A stretch of DNA of 56,747 nucleotides, filler included, from Sphacelaria rigidula (lineage: Eukaryota), in the NCBI GenBank assembly GCA_964200075.2. It is 7 parts of 7 records of this genome, joined end to end, with 100 filler letters (N's around TTAATTAATTAA, not from the genome) between each part and the next. Parts side by side here need not be neighbours in the genome. Positions count along the whole stretch, not along the records: positions 1 to 8,022 come from CAXNAA020012604.1; positions 8,123 to 16,144 come from CAXNAA020012605.1; 5 more parts are not named here. One strand, 5' to 3'. The stretch's first letter is position 1. Each line of letters starts with the position of its first letter. The notes under the pieces are model-generated. The model saw only the letters and a list, made by a program, of their open reading frames with translations, made no database searches and had not been told where the DNA came from. A program made the position numbers and the translations under genes. Shown piece by piece: positions 1 through 12,790 of this stretch.

Positions 1-1007
1 TATTGACATCTCGAAATACCCTGGTGTCGCAGGTATCGTAGGTATCGCATTTCAAAATACCGGATTGGATCCGTATCGGTAGGGTATGATATGTCCCAAA
101 TACCGGTACCGGGTACCTACCTTACCCTCTATACCGAATTTGAAACCGTCATCTGGCAGTGCCAAGCGTTTCAGATCTGGGTGCAAGTTGAGCAGCAGTT
201 GAAGTTTTTATGTGCCCCAGGTTGGAAGTCACCCCCCACCCGAACACAATGCACCCCGGATCGAGGGAGAAAATGAGAGCCAGCGCGAATGGCAGCTGAC
301 GCGACATCCCTGCGCCCATATGCTATTGGAGCGATGCGAAAAGCATGTTATTTGACCAAAACATCAGACAACATAATAGTAATAATTAATTTGAATTAAT
401 CCAAGCACGGAAATCAGGGGGAATCTGGGTATTAATTACCTGTGAAAACAAGACGTGCCTGCTCCGACAGCTTCTGGCCTCAGCGTGAATTGGCACCAGC
501 TGTTGCATCGTGGGTAGTGCAAAGCGTTCGGTAAATACCGGGGGTACCCCCGGTATTTACCGGGGTATCCCATACCGTGGTATGCGTAGGTATCGTAGGT
601 ATGAGATTTGAAAATACCGGATTGGGCGGGTAGGGTAGGTATTGACATCTCAAAATACCCTGGTATCGTAGGTATGGGATTTGAAAATACCGGATTGGGC
701 GGGTAGGGTAGGTATTGACATCTCAAAATACCTTGGTATCGTAGGTATGAGATTTGAAAATACCGGATTGGGCGGGTAAGGTAGGTATTGACATATCAAA
801 TTACCCTGGTATCGTAGGTATCGTAGGTATGGCATTTCAAAATAATACCGGATTGGGCGGGTAGGGTAGGTATTGAAATATCGAAATACCCTGGTATCGT
901 AGGTATCGTAGGTATGGCATTTCAAAATACCGGATTGGGTCGGTATCGGTAGGGTATGATATGTCCCAAATACCGGTACCGGGTACCTACCTTACTTATG
1001 GTGCCTG
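1..1007 (-). mobile_element. Non-autonomous TIR DNA transposon (hAT-like) with ~73-bp subterminal tandem repeats; runs off the window start
   Basis: The reverse complement from 1007 (CAGGCACCATAAGTAAGGTAGGTACCCGGTACCGGTAT) matches the left end of the element at 26041 (CAGGGACCGTAGGTAAGGTAGGTACCCGGTACCGGTAT). 370-540 matches 26490-26660 reversed and 1-175 matches 27450-27620 reversed. Tandem unit TATCGTAGGTATGAGATTTGAAAATACCGGATTGGGCGGGTAGGGTAGGTATTGAC. The superfamily is inferred only from the CAGGG terminus and subterminal repeats. Confidence 0.75.
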
Positions 1008-1609
1008 TAATAAATTCGTAGGTATGCACGATTTCTAGAGATACAATTACTCCGTCAAAGCTGGTCTTGGTTAACGCGGCCGCTCAGTTGTGGAGCAATC
1101 AACTTCTTACCGCGGTAGGGTAGAATTCGCATTGACATTTTCACGTGTCTTGTCAATCACCAGAATAAAGCCGATCCACCAAGTTGCCTAATGAAAACGG
1201 GGGAAAACGGTCCCATATCCAACCTCGATTTTTCAGCGCGTTCATGTCAATTCATCTTGTTTATGCAATCGTCATATCCCTGGCACCCCCAGCTGCACAG
1301 CGATATCGTTGATTGTACTTCGTTGTCCAACATTTGCGCTGGGCACCATCGAAGATGTGCCGGAAAATTGCTTCTCACTTGGTTTCAGCCTACCGCTACA
1401 TTCGCCGACTTCCCGAACCGTCATATATACTTGAATATTCCAAACTTCTGTATTGGTTGCATTTATTTTGGTCGTTTCATATGGAGTGCAGCACTGGTGG
1501 TTAACGGACTGTCCGCTCGATATCTGCAGGTAGGAGGGCTGACTTCTCTTGTGCGTGCGTCACCTGATCTTGTCTGCACTTTTGCTTTCCCACATTCGAT
1601 TTCCCCCAG

Positions 1610-1801
1610 AGTTTTGGAGCGGCTTCAAATTGTTGTACCGGAGTTTGAGGACTGGAAACGCGATATGTTTGAGCTACAGGCGAGGCAGAAGTTTCAAGGC
1701 GTAGATATCCCCCCAGAAACAGGCCTGCATAATCCGGATGCGAAGCTGAAAACAATGGAAGAGCTGCTGGCAGAGTCCCCCATTCCACTAGCACCACGAC
1801 G
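1610..1801 (+). CDS. MRPL46: Mitochondrial ribosomal protein L46 (mL46), internal exon A
   Basis: Polypyrimidine tract plus CAG acceptor (1607-1609) and GTGAGA donor at 1802. Encodes VLERLQIVVPEFEDW...PIPLAPR, matching the mL46 LERxPxI...APR region. Phase 2 end matches the next exon. Confidence 0.8.
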
Positions 1802-2931
1802 GTGAGACCTGATGTTGAACCGCATACGATCGGATTCGTGCTTGGCGTCTCCTTCAGCAACTTTGATCAATTTTGGTTAATCCATAGTACCGCTCGTAGT
1901 GAGAACTTTTAACTTGGTCAATGTCCGCTTGGGCCGTGACCCCTCGGGGCAGTAAATGTCTCCTGTTGGTAGTTTTTTTCCACGCTATTCGCAGGAGCCA
2001 CTCCAGGCTCTTGCAAAGGCACAGCGACCAAGCTGGTCATTGTCATGTTCGTCATTGATCTGGAAGATCCTGGTCCGCGAACTTCGCCAGCCAAACTTTG
2101 AGACTTGCATGAACTAGAAGATTGACTTTCTAGCCTGCCCCCGCAAATTGTTCGTCAGCCGAGTGAACGACTCGTTATCAATGATAATCAATGATAGCCA
2201 ATAGCCAATAACTCAGCATCACTCATGACTCTTCTGACGACGAAAGGTGGCGCTACTACTACTCATGGGTTCCCAGTGAGGAAAGTAAAGAAATCAGGAT
2301 CAATGGTCGTCATATTTTGACCACTGGGTGTCAGCGCTCCTTGTCGAGTCCCTGACCTGTCCTTGACCTCGATGACGAGGCGGTTACCTAACCGCTAAGG
2401 ATTAGCCGAAGACGTCTCAACTCAACAAACCTTGTGAGCACGCTGGCTTGTCGGATGCTCTCTCGCATAGGGCAGTTTGGGCATTCCCGATACTACAAGT
2501 TCAGCTCTGCATGGTGGGGACGATGAAGGAGAGAGATGAAGAGAGACAGAGACAGATATGATGTGCATGTAAAACTTATTTGATATGTTTACTCGATATC
2601 ATACCTCAGGACACGAATATGGTGTACTCCATATTTGGCAGTCAGAGTCACCGTCATGTGTCATACAGCCAAATATATTGATGCTAAATACCGGTTGCGA
2701 GAGGCATATAATCAGTCCTCCGCGTTGCTTTGCCGAATAGCAGCACCACAGCACCACTGCAAAACGAAGACATCCTACGAGTAGTCACGCTACGAACGAA
2801 AGCCTCTAACAGCTCATGCCCTAATGAGCCAAACTTCACGAACGAAAGCCTCTTCGCCTTGGCTCGTGGTTCGAATTGTGGACAGCTACAGGCTGGTAAA
2901 CGGAAGAAACCCCAAATACACTCATCGGCAA

Positions 2932-3626
2932 AACTTCACGCCGTTTGAAGGACTTAGACCCTGAAATTTTGCACAGGTGTTCTATGGATCATCACGTAAC
3001 TTTGCAAGGACCAGTTTTTTTCTTTACTTTTTGCATTTTTTTCACCGTTTTTCCGGGGTCCCAGTTCAGTCGGGAAAACTTCGATCCAGTCGGACCCCCG
3101 TAAAATGGTAAAATAAATTTAAAAACCGCGTTCATCCAGAGGTTGCGCAATGACCCATACAACACCTGTGCAAAATTTCAGGGTCTAAATCCTTAAAACG
3201 GCGTGAAATTCTTCGCGTTTGTGCGATGAACCTTGTCGTGCCACGGTGAAACGGCAAACTTCTAGATTTTGGTATGAAAATGGCGTTCTATGGCCTTTTT
3301 CGACGCGAACATGCAAATTCAAGCACCAGGTAATCGAGTTTGGCCACGAAACTTTGTGGGGTTTGTCCTTGGGTGTGCGGCGGCAGAGCGTTCGCGAGGA
3401 AACTGAAAAAAAAAGACTTTCGTGCCGGTTTTTCGGTGTCCCAACATGGATGACTTCGAAAAAACGACTTGGATCCCGTCGGACCCCCGAAAAACGGTGA
3501 AACATCGAAGAATTGGAAAAAAAAACTCGTTGATCGAAACTTGCGTAGTGATTCATAGCACATTTGTGCAAAGTTTTTAGGGTCTAACTCCTAAAATATG
3601 CGTGAAGATTTGCGCGTTTGTGCGAG
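2932..3626. mobile_element. Foldback/MITE-like element with long inverted arms plus a further arm copy
   Basis: 2932-3000 (AACTTCACGCCGTTTGAAGGACTTAGACCCTGAAATTTTGCACAGGTGTT) is inverted at ~3143-3211. A third degenerate arm copy lies at ~3540-3626. Confidence 0.6.
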
Positions 3627-4651
3627 GATGTGAGCTTAAAACGTGCAAACTCCTAACTACTTGGTTTGAGTATGAAAACATCTTTTAGGGTGAATTTTAC
3701 TTGAAATATGTATGAGATGTTCGAGCTTCTCCACCGAAAATTGTTCATGTGTTCCTTGGACCATCCTGGGACGCATCATGTTATTATTTTTTCTTTCGAG
3801 TCATTCTGTACCGCCTTTCGAGGGTCTTTGTACTGGGACCCCCCGAAGCCGGTAAGGAACAGAGAAACTCTGGACCCCTGCCAAGAACACAATTTTTCCA
3901 TTTGGAGCATCAATATATACGGAACTGCCAAGTTTGAGGATGATCTGAGCTTTTCTACGACAGATATAAGGGAAATCGTCATGAGGCTCCCTGGGTCTTT
4001 CCTGCGTATCATGAGAGGAAATGAGACAACGCCAAACTGCACATCACCGAAACATTACAGTTTCGGGTATAATTCGACCCCGTTGGAACCGTTTGCCACT
4101 CTGTTTCTCCCGTTAGATTCTTGAGGTGATGATGGTCACTACGATTTGAAGCATTTGGAGATTCGGTGGAAATTGCGCTTGGAATTCGTATTTTCAATTT
4201 CGGAACAGTTTGAAAGGTGCTGATTGGTCGAGACACATTTTTGTCCGTAGCGCCACCGCTATAGCCTTGAAAACAAATCCGGCTATGTCACCCTCTTCGT
4301 CTGTTCATTGCGGTCAATATGATACCATGTATGCGACTATTGGGTGCGTATTGCAGAAGGTAATTGCTGATGACAGTTTTTTTTTTTTTTTCCATGAACC
4401 AGCCTGTATAGATTGGCTACCTAAATAATTCGTGCCGAACCAATCTCGTGTCATATACGTTACTGCGATTGCACATCTTATGAGGTGGGCAGAAAACTAT
4501 GTCGCCCTTTCGAGGAACCCACCGTATATGTATGTGCGTGCGGACACGCAATCACACAAACTCATATGACATGCGTTATTTCGACTGCAGCACATCTGAT
4601 GAGGTGGGCAAAAAACTATGTCGTTCTCTTGAGCTACTCACTATGTATGTA

Positions 4652-5516
4652 CTTCTGACACATAAGTTGGCTCAATTATGGTGCGCAGATCACGTATTTT
4701 GGACGGAAGAGCGTGCGATGCTGTAGTTAGGTTCAGTGCAAAGCTACCGTCACAGAGATGCTCATGAAGAAAAAGAACGAGTTGCTGTCGTTGAGACTCT
4801 GTGGGATCACAATACCCTCTTTTGGCCAAAGTGTCAAGATTATTTTACGATGTTTTTGAGTTTTTTTTCGAGATTTTTTTTCAGAAATCTTGAATGAAAG
4901 CCCGTTTACCGCCCCCCTTCGTAGCATGCTCCGTCTCGAGAGGGATGCGTGGTCAAGGGTCAAACGACTAAGGCGAGCAACAGATGAGTGCGACCCCCCC
5001 CTTCATGGCATAACCACGATGAGATCGTGAACACCCCTCCGCGTCGCAAGCGGGGCGTTGAGCTGTCATTAGGCCGCCGCTACGCCCTGGCGACGGAGGT
5101 AGCTCTAGTCATTCCGCCAGGCAAAGGAAGGCTGCCCAAGGGCGTTGCAGGCCCCCTCGCCCAGCGCTACGGTGTCCGCCCTGAATACCCCCACACAAAT
5201 ATGGAAAAGCTGCAAAGCACAGATCGAAGGCACCCAGGAGCTTGACCTCTCAAACAAACCTCGTAGCGGGCGGCAGTCGCTGCTTACTCCAATGTTTTGG
5301 GGTTTTTTTGCCCCCGGAAAAGAAGCGAAATATGGCCTTTTTAGGGCCGACTGAGTTTTTTGGGACGCCTGCCCATGCAGGAGGCTGCGCAAAAAAAAGA
5401 AGAGGGGGCTCAACTAAAAAAATGGTAAGGATTTCAAAAATATAATCGCCAACGGCATCTGGCACGGTCAAGGAACCGTGTAAACGTAATCGAGCTAACT
5501 TGTGTGCCAGAGGAAG
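4652..5516 (+). mobile_element. Internally deleted Tc1/mariner (plant-mariner/Stowaway-like) transposon with frameshifted transposase N-terminus
   Basis: Imperfect TIRs CTT(CCT)CTGRCACAYAAGTTRGCTCRATTA flanked by TA on both sides. The element interrupts a local tandem repeat (compare 4526-4563). 5010-5295 encodes ELSLGRRYALA...GKGRLPKGVAGPLAQRYGV / QIWKSCK...DLSNKPRSGR, resembling a mariner HTH DNA-binding region. A related fragment is at 8123-8200. Confidence 0.7.
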
Positions 5517-5964
5517 TATGCGCATGCGGGGCACGCAATCACACACACGTCGAGGCCTCCAGCAACTACCGTGGTCGTTCGTTTGGCTTGCCCTTTGCTG
5601 AATGCGTGTGTGTCCCGACATGCTACTGTAGCGTGTGGCAATCGTCGGCAACGGGCGACCGGAAAATCGTGTTTTGTTCGCCTTCCTCCGCTCTTACTCT
5701 GAGGTACCGATGTGACCATCGGCTTCTGTGTCTCGCTTGAGGTATCGACTGCGTCCTTATGTTTCATGTGCTTTTTTTTCGATGGCGCTTGTGCTCAGTC
5801 TCAACATCGGCTTGACGAGTGACATGCACGCTGATGAACACGTCGATCGCAGGTTGAGATGCAGAACGTGCCATGTCCGTTTTCTAGGTGCTGAAACCTG
5901 CTTTTATATTACAGCTGCCTACAGCACATGCTCTTATATTTGCCGCTGTCAATTTACGCGACAG

Positions 5965-6085
5965 AACACCTGCGGATGAGGCAAATGACCGCACATCGTT
6001 GAACCGTGCGCTCGACGCTCGCCTGGTATTGATCATCAAGTCGAGGCCAGGCGATCCTTGGACTCTTCCAGAGAGTGCATGGCAG
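5965..6085 (+). CDS. MRPL46: Mitochondrial ribosomal protein L46, internal exon B
   Basis: CAG acceptor and GTGAGT donor. Encodes (R)TPADEANDRTSLNRALDARLVLIIK...WTLPESAWQ, the mL46 hallmark TxADxxNDxxSLxRxLxxxLxLxxK...WxxP. Splice phases are consistent on both sides. Confidence 0.88.
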
Positions 6086-7198
6086 GTGAGTGAACCATGG
6101 TGCTATGTCCGTTCTCTGAGTGTCACAGGCACCTCATCACCATCTTGCTACTCTGGGTAGAGCAGTGCCAGGCAGAGTACTTGACTTGAATCGGTCGAAG
6201 GAAACTATTCCTGCGAGGTCCAACATGTATACTAAAACCACAAAAAGTGGTACACGGCAGGTCCTGCTGAAGGTGTTTAGGGCGTTACGAATTGAACAGC
6301 CGATTTCACTCGTCAAAGTTAAAGTTGAAAAGCTGAAAATGGTATACGTGTGGCCTCACGTAGGTTCCGCTTTACATCTTGTCCTGCCGCCCTCTCCCCT
6401 GTTTTGGTAGTTCCCAATGATATTTTTTATGACGAAGTGTTTGGTTCACATGTTCTACTTTATTACACAACATGATAACAAATTGCTGGACTCTGTTTTC
6501 CACGATTGGGTATGAGAGTGGTTCTGCGCAAGACCTTTTCCACCGAAGCCAGGTGGCAGAGGCCGGCCATTTCTAGTTTTATTTTCTTCTTTCTTCTTTC
6601 TTCTTTCTTCTTTCTTTTTTGTTTTTGTGGTTCACTCTGTATTTCTGGTGTACCTTTTCTGTCTCACTCTGTTGAGCGTGTGTTTGACTGCTATCTTGTC
6701 TCGGGTACGTGTATCATGTGATGATAGCTGGATTCCTAGGGGTTTAGTTGAAGTGCGACAACCAATCATTCAAATCAATCAAATTACGAAGCTCCCTGGA
6801 ATCCAGGCCATCACACAGACACGGCAGCAGCAACCCCTGATCGAGCCCCCCTACGGGCCAAGGTTATGTCTACAGAAGCCCAATCTATGACCTTTGGTGT
6901 GAAATCTGTCATGTACTCCGCGGGTGTAGAGGGCTGCCACAGTCCTTCAAGGCAGCTATGAACTTTTTTGGGCCACTTTGAATTGAAAATTGGGAAGGGG
7001 GGGTGAGGGGCACGATGACAGAGAAGGAGCACACGACTCCCCATCAGTGTAAACTGCGACCATTTGACACTGTCTCAATTCTGCGTAGAATACGGATACC
7101 CTTTTGCACTCTTGGTGCTTTCGAAACCTCGTCAAAATGCCGCCCCGGGTCGCTAATCATCCTGTCATCGCTACGCGATCTTGTTCGTTGCCTCCAAG

Positions 7199-7387
7199 CC
7201 TGGAGAGACAATTCGTCAAGCAGCTGAGCGAACATCCAAACGGGTGCTGGTAAAAACTACTACCACGGTCGGTGAGAGGGGCGACGTGACACAGTTGCAC
7301 TTCGTAGGTAACTGCCCTGCAGGGTGGTTCTGGCGCACCGCGGACGAGGAGCAATTGAAGAAGAAGCCAACCCACTATGGCGAGAAG
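7199..7387 (+). CDS. MRPL46: Mitochondrial ribosomal protein L46, internal exon C (Nudix-like fold); first and last exons not located
   Basis: AAG acceptor, GTATGA donor, 63 codons in phase 0. Encodes PGETIRQAAER...HFVGNCPAG...YGEK, matching mL46 GETLRxxAER...GNxPxG...GxK. Confidence 0.85.
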
Positions 7388-7469
7388 GTATGACTACTCA
7401 GAGCTTCTCAAGATGAGCGCAATATCTCTGCACGATCGATGGATTGGTGCTGGAATAGTGACAACAACT

Positions 7470-7730
7470 CTTGCAAGGGTCGGGCAAATAATGATTCGTC
7501 TGAAAATTACGTGGTTTTAGTATGATGAGTCGACTCGTGACGAATCAATCTTGAGGCTTTATTTTAGCGTTGTTACCCAGGTACGCGCAGCCCAGACACG
7601 TGGAAGTCGCAAAAGTTGCGTGGATACTCCTTGGACCAGCGATCAACCTTTTTCTCCCTTTTGGGCAATCAGGCCGGAGAAATCGTGAATTTGGTGATAT
7701 GAGTCGTAATGATTTGTCCTAACCGCGAAC
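7470..7730 (+). repeat. Interspersed repeat shared with 28330-28590
   Basis: Colinear match including ACGAATCAATC...AGCGTTG...ACCCAGGTACGCGCAGCCCAGRCACGTGGAA...GCAAAAGTTGCGT. Confidence 0.7.
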
Positions 7731-7906
7731 GCTTGGCAGGCCATACTTGTTTGGCGTAAAGAGCTACGGCAATCTCAGGGCCAGTTACCAAAATACGAAG
7801 TCACAGCGTGTTGGAACTTTACGATGAAGATTATCGATATTTATTGACTCTTGCGGTCAGCGATGTGCATCGACGACCATCATGTTGCGTGATTTGTTGA
7901 TAGGTG

Positions 7907-8022
7907 ACGCTTTCTACGATAGCCCCCCCCCCCCCCAAAAAAAAAACAGCCCAAAAGGGTCACGAAAAAAAAGGTCATACAGCGGCTGAAGTATGGGGTC
8001 ATGGGGCTTGGAGCTCCCCACC
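7907..8022. mobile_element. Partial copy of the GACACTTTCTACGATAGC MITE, truncated by the gap
   Basis: GACGCTTTCTACGATAGCCCCCC terminus followed by family sequence (CAGCCCAAAA...TCACGAAAAAA..GGTCATACAGCG). Confidence 0.7.
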
Positions 8023-8122
8023 NNNNNNNNNNNNNNNNNNNNNNNNNNNNNNNNNNNNNNNNNNNNTTAATTAATTAANNNNNNNNNNNNNNNNNNNNNN
8101 NNNNNNNNNNNNNNNNNNNNNN
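8023..8122. other. Assembly gap with artificial six-frame stop linker (also 16145-16244, 24266-24365, 32387-32486, 40508-40607, 48628-48727)
   Basis: All six gaps are 100 bp: N44-TTAATTAATTAA-N44. Confidence 0.97.
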
Positions 8123-10164
8123 GGTGCTCCGTCTCGAAAGGGATGCGTGGTCAATGGTCACACGACTAAGGCAAGCAACAAATGAGTACGCCCCCCCCGC
8201 CCGACCGGGTGGTGTGGGGGCCCCGCCGGAGGCAGGACCGATACGCGTTTTGGCTCCATCTCTCTTCAAAGTCAAGCTCATTGTTGATCATCTCGAGGGC
8301 AGCACCGAACGTACACAAAGTAAGTTTTGCGATGAAGAAAGTGCTGACAACAAGACGCACCTTGTGCTTAGCGTGCCGTTTGCTGAGGTGTGCCGGCGAA
8401 GTCAGAAATATTTTCGGAAGAAAAATAAATGCGCCGTGGAGAACAATAATAGTACAGTGGACGTATCCGATTACTCATACCGACGGTCGAAGATCCCAAA
8501 TCCCAGATCCCATGTTACAGACAGAGTGGAGATCTGGAAGGGCCGACAGTATCCCGCAGTCAAAACAGCAAAAAGAAAAGAATCCCCAGCGGGAAAAGCG
8601 GCGCAAAAGTAAGTGAAACAACAGTAGGCACATGAGATTGGGGGACTTGGTGCGCCGGGCCGTGCTTTCTAGCCTGTCCTTCCTCTCGACGATCTCGTTG
8701 TACTTGTGTGCGAATACAGCAACCCGAGGGTTCAGTGTGGAATTTGGGCGGCTGCTAGTCGCAGCGATAGCTGTCGAGTTCGGGGCAGTGCTCGCCAAGA
8801 CGGTAGAATAATCGGACTCGCTGTTAGAACTGCCGGTGCTGGACAACACCGATCAGTGCTGGGGAGGTTGTTCATGCTCCTAGCCTGTGGTCTACCAGTC
8901 TCCCGCTGGGGGGTACACCGCGGCCGCGGTGCACTTGCACAGACAGCCTATCTCAAATTACGAACTACAAACTACAGATAGACTGCAGACAAAAATGACA
9001 CGTAACATGTGGTGCATTTCATTGCAAAATGACCGTAACATGTGTACATTCGATGAGTAACGACGATAGCACAGATGGCGATGTCTTGGTCACCAGGTAT
9101 CGCTCAATCCCGACATTAGAATATCGTCATGTAGTGGTAACGACCAAAACGTATCATAATAGTACCGATACACAGCCATTCAGAGCTACAGTTGTTGTTT
9201 CGCCTGCTTCGAAGCACACGCATTTGCTGCACGTCAACGAGAGGGCAAAGATGTGTCAAGCAAGCACCCTCGACGTATTACAACAGGGGATGGGTAGATT
9301 CACTCTCACGTGCCATGGTAGACGTGCTTCCCGAGCTACGCAACATTATTAACATTAACGCACGTGTCGTATCTCGATCTCACCTTCACCTCCGCCCCGT
9401 TCGTGGTGGATGGAGACTCAATGTTGGTGACGACTTCCTCAGACCTTGGGCTCGCCTCAACCGAGCTTTTCGTCTTCACACCGCGATGGTTTGGTTCATG
9501 TTCGTAGTCGCAAATTACAACGACAGCATGAGGGGGGAGTCCTAGACTCTACATACGTGAAAACGCAAGTCACACAGCATTGTGCGACAAAGGGACGGTT
9601 CTCTTTCAATTTTGTTCCTCAGAAATTCCTGAAAATGTCAACCCCATAGGTGGGTACACTCGTCGCAATACCATCCCCCGCGTCGCAGTGATCAGACATA
9701 CAGCGGGGCTGGAGCGAGCGTGTTTTCCTGGGCGTCATCAACGTGTTTGGAGCATTTGTGTTTCTCGTGATTGCTTGCGGTCTTCCGTGAATTGACAGCG
9801 CGGGATCCCCGCCCAAGCCCACAAAACAACACGAGAAAAACAGTGTGTTTTTATACCGGAGGGTGTCGAGGTAAGCGTACGCTTGATCGTGCATACAGAC
9901 ACACGAACCCTTCTCGATGGGTGACCACCGCGTTATCTGTTGGCATCAGTCGTTATCTGTTGGCATCAGTCGTGTTTTTCTGACCTCCCGTCATCCAACA
10001 CGTCTCACCTCCTCTTTTAAGTCACCCGCAGTGCCCTTGCCGTCGGGTCGTGGAAGCTTCGTTCGTGTGCTCGCCTCCCGCAACAAACTTGCCTGGACCC
10101 TGCTTTTGGTGGCAGCCTGGGCAGGAATAACGGGAACGAGATTTGAACACGAAGCCATGACGAA

Positions 10165-10316
10165 CAACTCTGTTAGGGATGAATTCCGAAGCTCACCGGC
10201 TCAGCTATGCTTCAATGAAAAATTACGGTAGAGATAGCACCGTTCTGTGAGGGATGAAATCCGAAGCTCGCCGATTTAGCCATGCTTTAGTACCAAACTA
10301 CAGTAGGGATAGCAAC
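10165..10316. repeat. Two-copy ~74-bp direct repeat
   Basis: TCTGTKAGGGATGAAWTCCGAAGCTCRCCG...TACRGTAGRGATAGCA occurs twice in tandem. Confidence 0.7.
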
Positions 10317-12790
10317 ATCATGCATACCAAATACGTGAAATGCGACGAGGTGGATGGACTAAACCATGTACAGTGTCATATCCCACAGGGTGTGCTACGA
10401 CGCCGTACAGAAAAAGATATCAAAACGTGACGTAGTTCATGAAAAGTTGTAACCTTGCTGCCGACGAGAATTCAAGTACGGAAGGAACGGACTGTCGTGA
10501 TCATTTACAGGATTGCAAATTCAAGCTCATCATCTGACCGACATGAGCCCTTTCCGCTCAGCACTCCATCCAAGGAAGAAAACTCGTTGGCGATCAGTCG
10601 TTGCTGTATCAACCTGCCGAATGTAGGGTCAACACGCATCGCCTTGCCGCCGTTCGTAGCTATTTAGTAGCTTCGAGCAAACTATATATCATAATGAGCG
10701 ACTCTGATACGTCAGTTGGCTTGGGCTCGAATGTTGGCGTACCATGTAACCGGCGGTTTTCCTTCCTTGCTGCGGTGAATTGGTCTGCGCTGCATTTCTT
10801 TCGCTTACCGCCGGCACCTTCTCGTGTGGGCAAAACAGCAGGCACAAGGATACAGGGTGTTCCGCTTCTAGGCACAGAATAACATCGCGACAACGAGCAG
10901 ACACGACCCACATCCTGGACAGATGCGTGCTACATGACATCTTCTGCCGCAGCGCTTTGATGCCGTACGATGTAGCATAACATTTCGCGCACCAAGAGTA
11001 AACTGTTACAACCGCCGCCAGAAAATAGAGACTTGACACAACAGCCCTTCGGGTTGACGGCAACAGCTCCACCCAAGAGTCCATTATGGAGACAGCTCGG
11101 GGAATTTCCGGAAAGCTTCGGTATAGGTGTCCAGCGGCAACATCCGTACTGCCGTGATGTGGAAAAACTCGGAAAGTCGTCAACAAATGATGTTCACATC
11201 AAGGCCGTGCGCACGTGCCGTGCTAGTCAAGCGTCGTTATCCACGGGTCCGTTGAAGTGGCATTATAGCAACCGTCTCGGTGACACATGACGATTACTAG
11301 CACAGGCCGCTGCGCTTCACCCGTCAAGTCCCGACAGCCCATGTCAAGTCCAGGCATGGTGCAAAACAGTGATTTCATCCCTGCGGGAAAAAAGCAGATA
11401 TGGGTACTTGAAATCTCATATCGCTTTGCTCTTCCTTCCTTTTGTCCACCTGTGAGTGGATAACTCTGTCCTATCGACCTCCGGTGTACCAGATCGAAAT
11501 GCCATCCTTCTCCAAATATAGTGGGCGTACAATACGGGCAACTGACCAATATTAGGACACCCTCAACACACGAAATTCAGCAGCCCTTCAACCACTTGCT
11601 GCAGTAACATCGGCCTCCTTCCGGTGAACCGCTTCAACAAAAAAGCCGCCGCCGCCTTCTCACTCATTTGTTCTCACCTTCGCCTCCGCTTCGGGCGCCG
11701 TAGGACCGCCCCCTTTTGTCGGCGCCCTCCTCGTCCTCGCCTCCCGCAACGAACCGTCCTGCACTCTGCGCTTGTTGTGCGCCTTCCAAGTACAGCAAAT
11801 CAAGTACAAAAGCGCGACCGTGTCGACGCTGAGGATCTCGTGTCAGGCGCGCACACACGATTGTTGTTGATTCCAAAACGAACGGATATTCCCAAATCGA
11901 GTAGTCTTGCCCCACTGGCGGCCCTGCCCTCTGTCGTCCTCCTCTTCTTCAACGGAGCCGAAATACTTACTTTTGTCTCGACAGGCTCTCCAGAAGGGCG
12001 GTGGTCATCTTTTCGCACACCCCGTCGCGTCGCCGCCTCGTGCAGAAGCCCCGCCGCTTTCTTGTTGTTTGCCTGCCCGTACCGGCAAACCATGTTTTGC
12101 AAGACACAAACCGTACCAGGCGGTGATATTTGACCATCGAAATGCAGAAGGGGGTCGTCTCCAAAGGCACGTGATGAATCTCTGCTCAACGCGCACCAGT
12201 CGACAAAAGCTGACCTCTTGAAGGGATATCGTAGAAGAAAACGAGCCTGCAGTCAGCAATGTTAGTCCTGACATTTTACCCGCAACACAGGCGTATGTTT
12301 TGCCTGACCCTTGTGACCATGGCTGAGTCCCTCGTGGTTCAGTCAATGTGCGACAATCAATCCATAAGTTGTGACGAAAACATGTGCTTGAGTTATCTTG
12401 CTACTGCTCGCCTTGTTCGTCGGGTTGGGTGTAGGGCGTTCGGCAACATCTGAACTTCTTCCGCTTCCCGCTTCTCGCACTGGTTTGGTCTGAGCTTGAG
12501 TTGTATGACTGTTAGCCTTCTGCGAGTTGTTTGGGTCGCGGACAAAATTCCAAGGTTGGCAGTGACTCCTGTGACCGCGGTGATAGACACACCAGTAGTA
12601 TAATGGATTGTACTTGCTCCAAATACATTGTGGGGAGTATGACCGCAACAACAATGCAAGAACGGCGACAACGGGCTCCGAACCGCTATTCAGTGTACTC
12701 GCTCGAAACCCGTGTCATTGACATGTATCGACCAGCCTCGGGTACACCTACTGTACCACGAGTCGATGCATAACATTTTTATTTCTCCAC

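Noticed and set aside
436..925. ORFs with YLRYLRY / HTYDTY repeats (also 26209-26502, 27595-27852)
   Set aside because: They are translations of transposon subterminal repeats.
1191..1805. 204-aa ORF as a complete gene
   Set aside because: Only 1610-1801 resembles mL46 and is bounded by splice sites. The upstream part is probably intron read-through.
8067..8078. Palindromic TTAATTAATTAA recurring six times
   Set aside because: It is always centred in N-runs, so it is an artificial scaffolding linker.
8475..12250. Candidate downstream exons of the CH-domain gene (e.g. ~11678-11758, ~11971-12072, ~8650-8703)
   Set aside because: Some have plausible splice signals, but there is no recognisable homology or verifiable phase chain, so they are not called.
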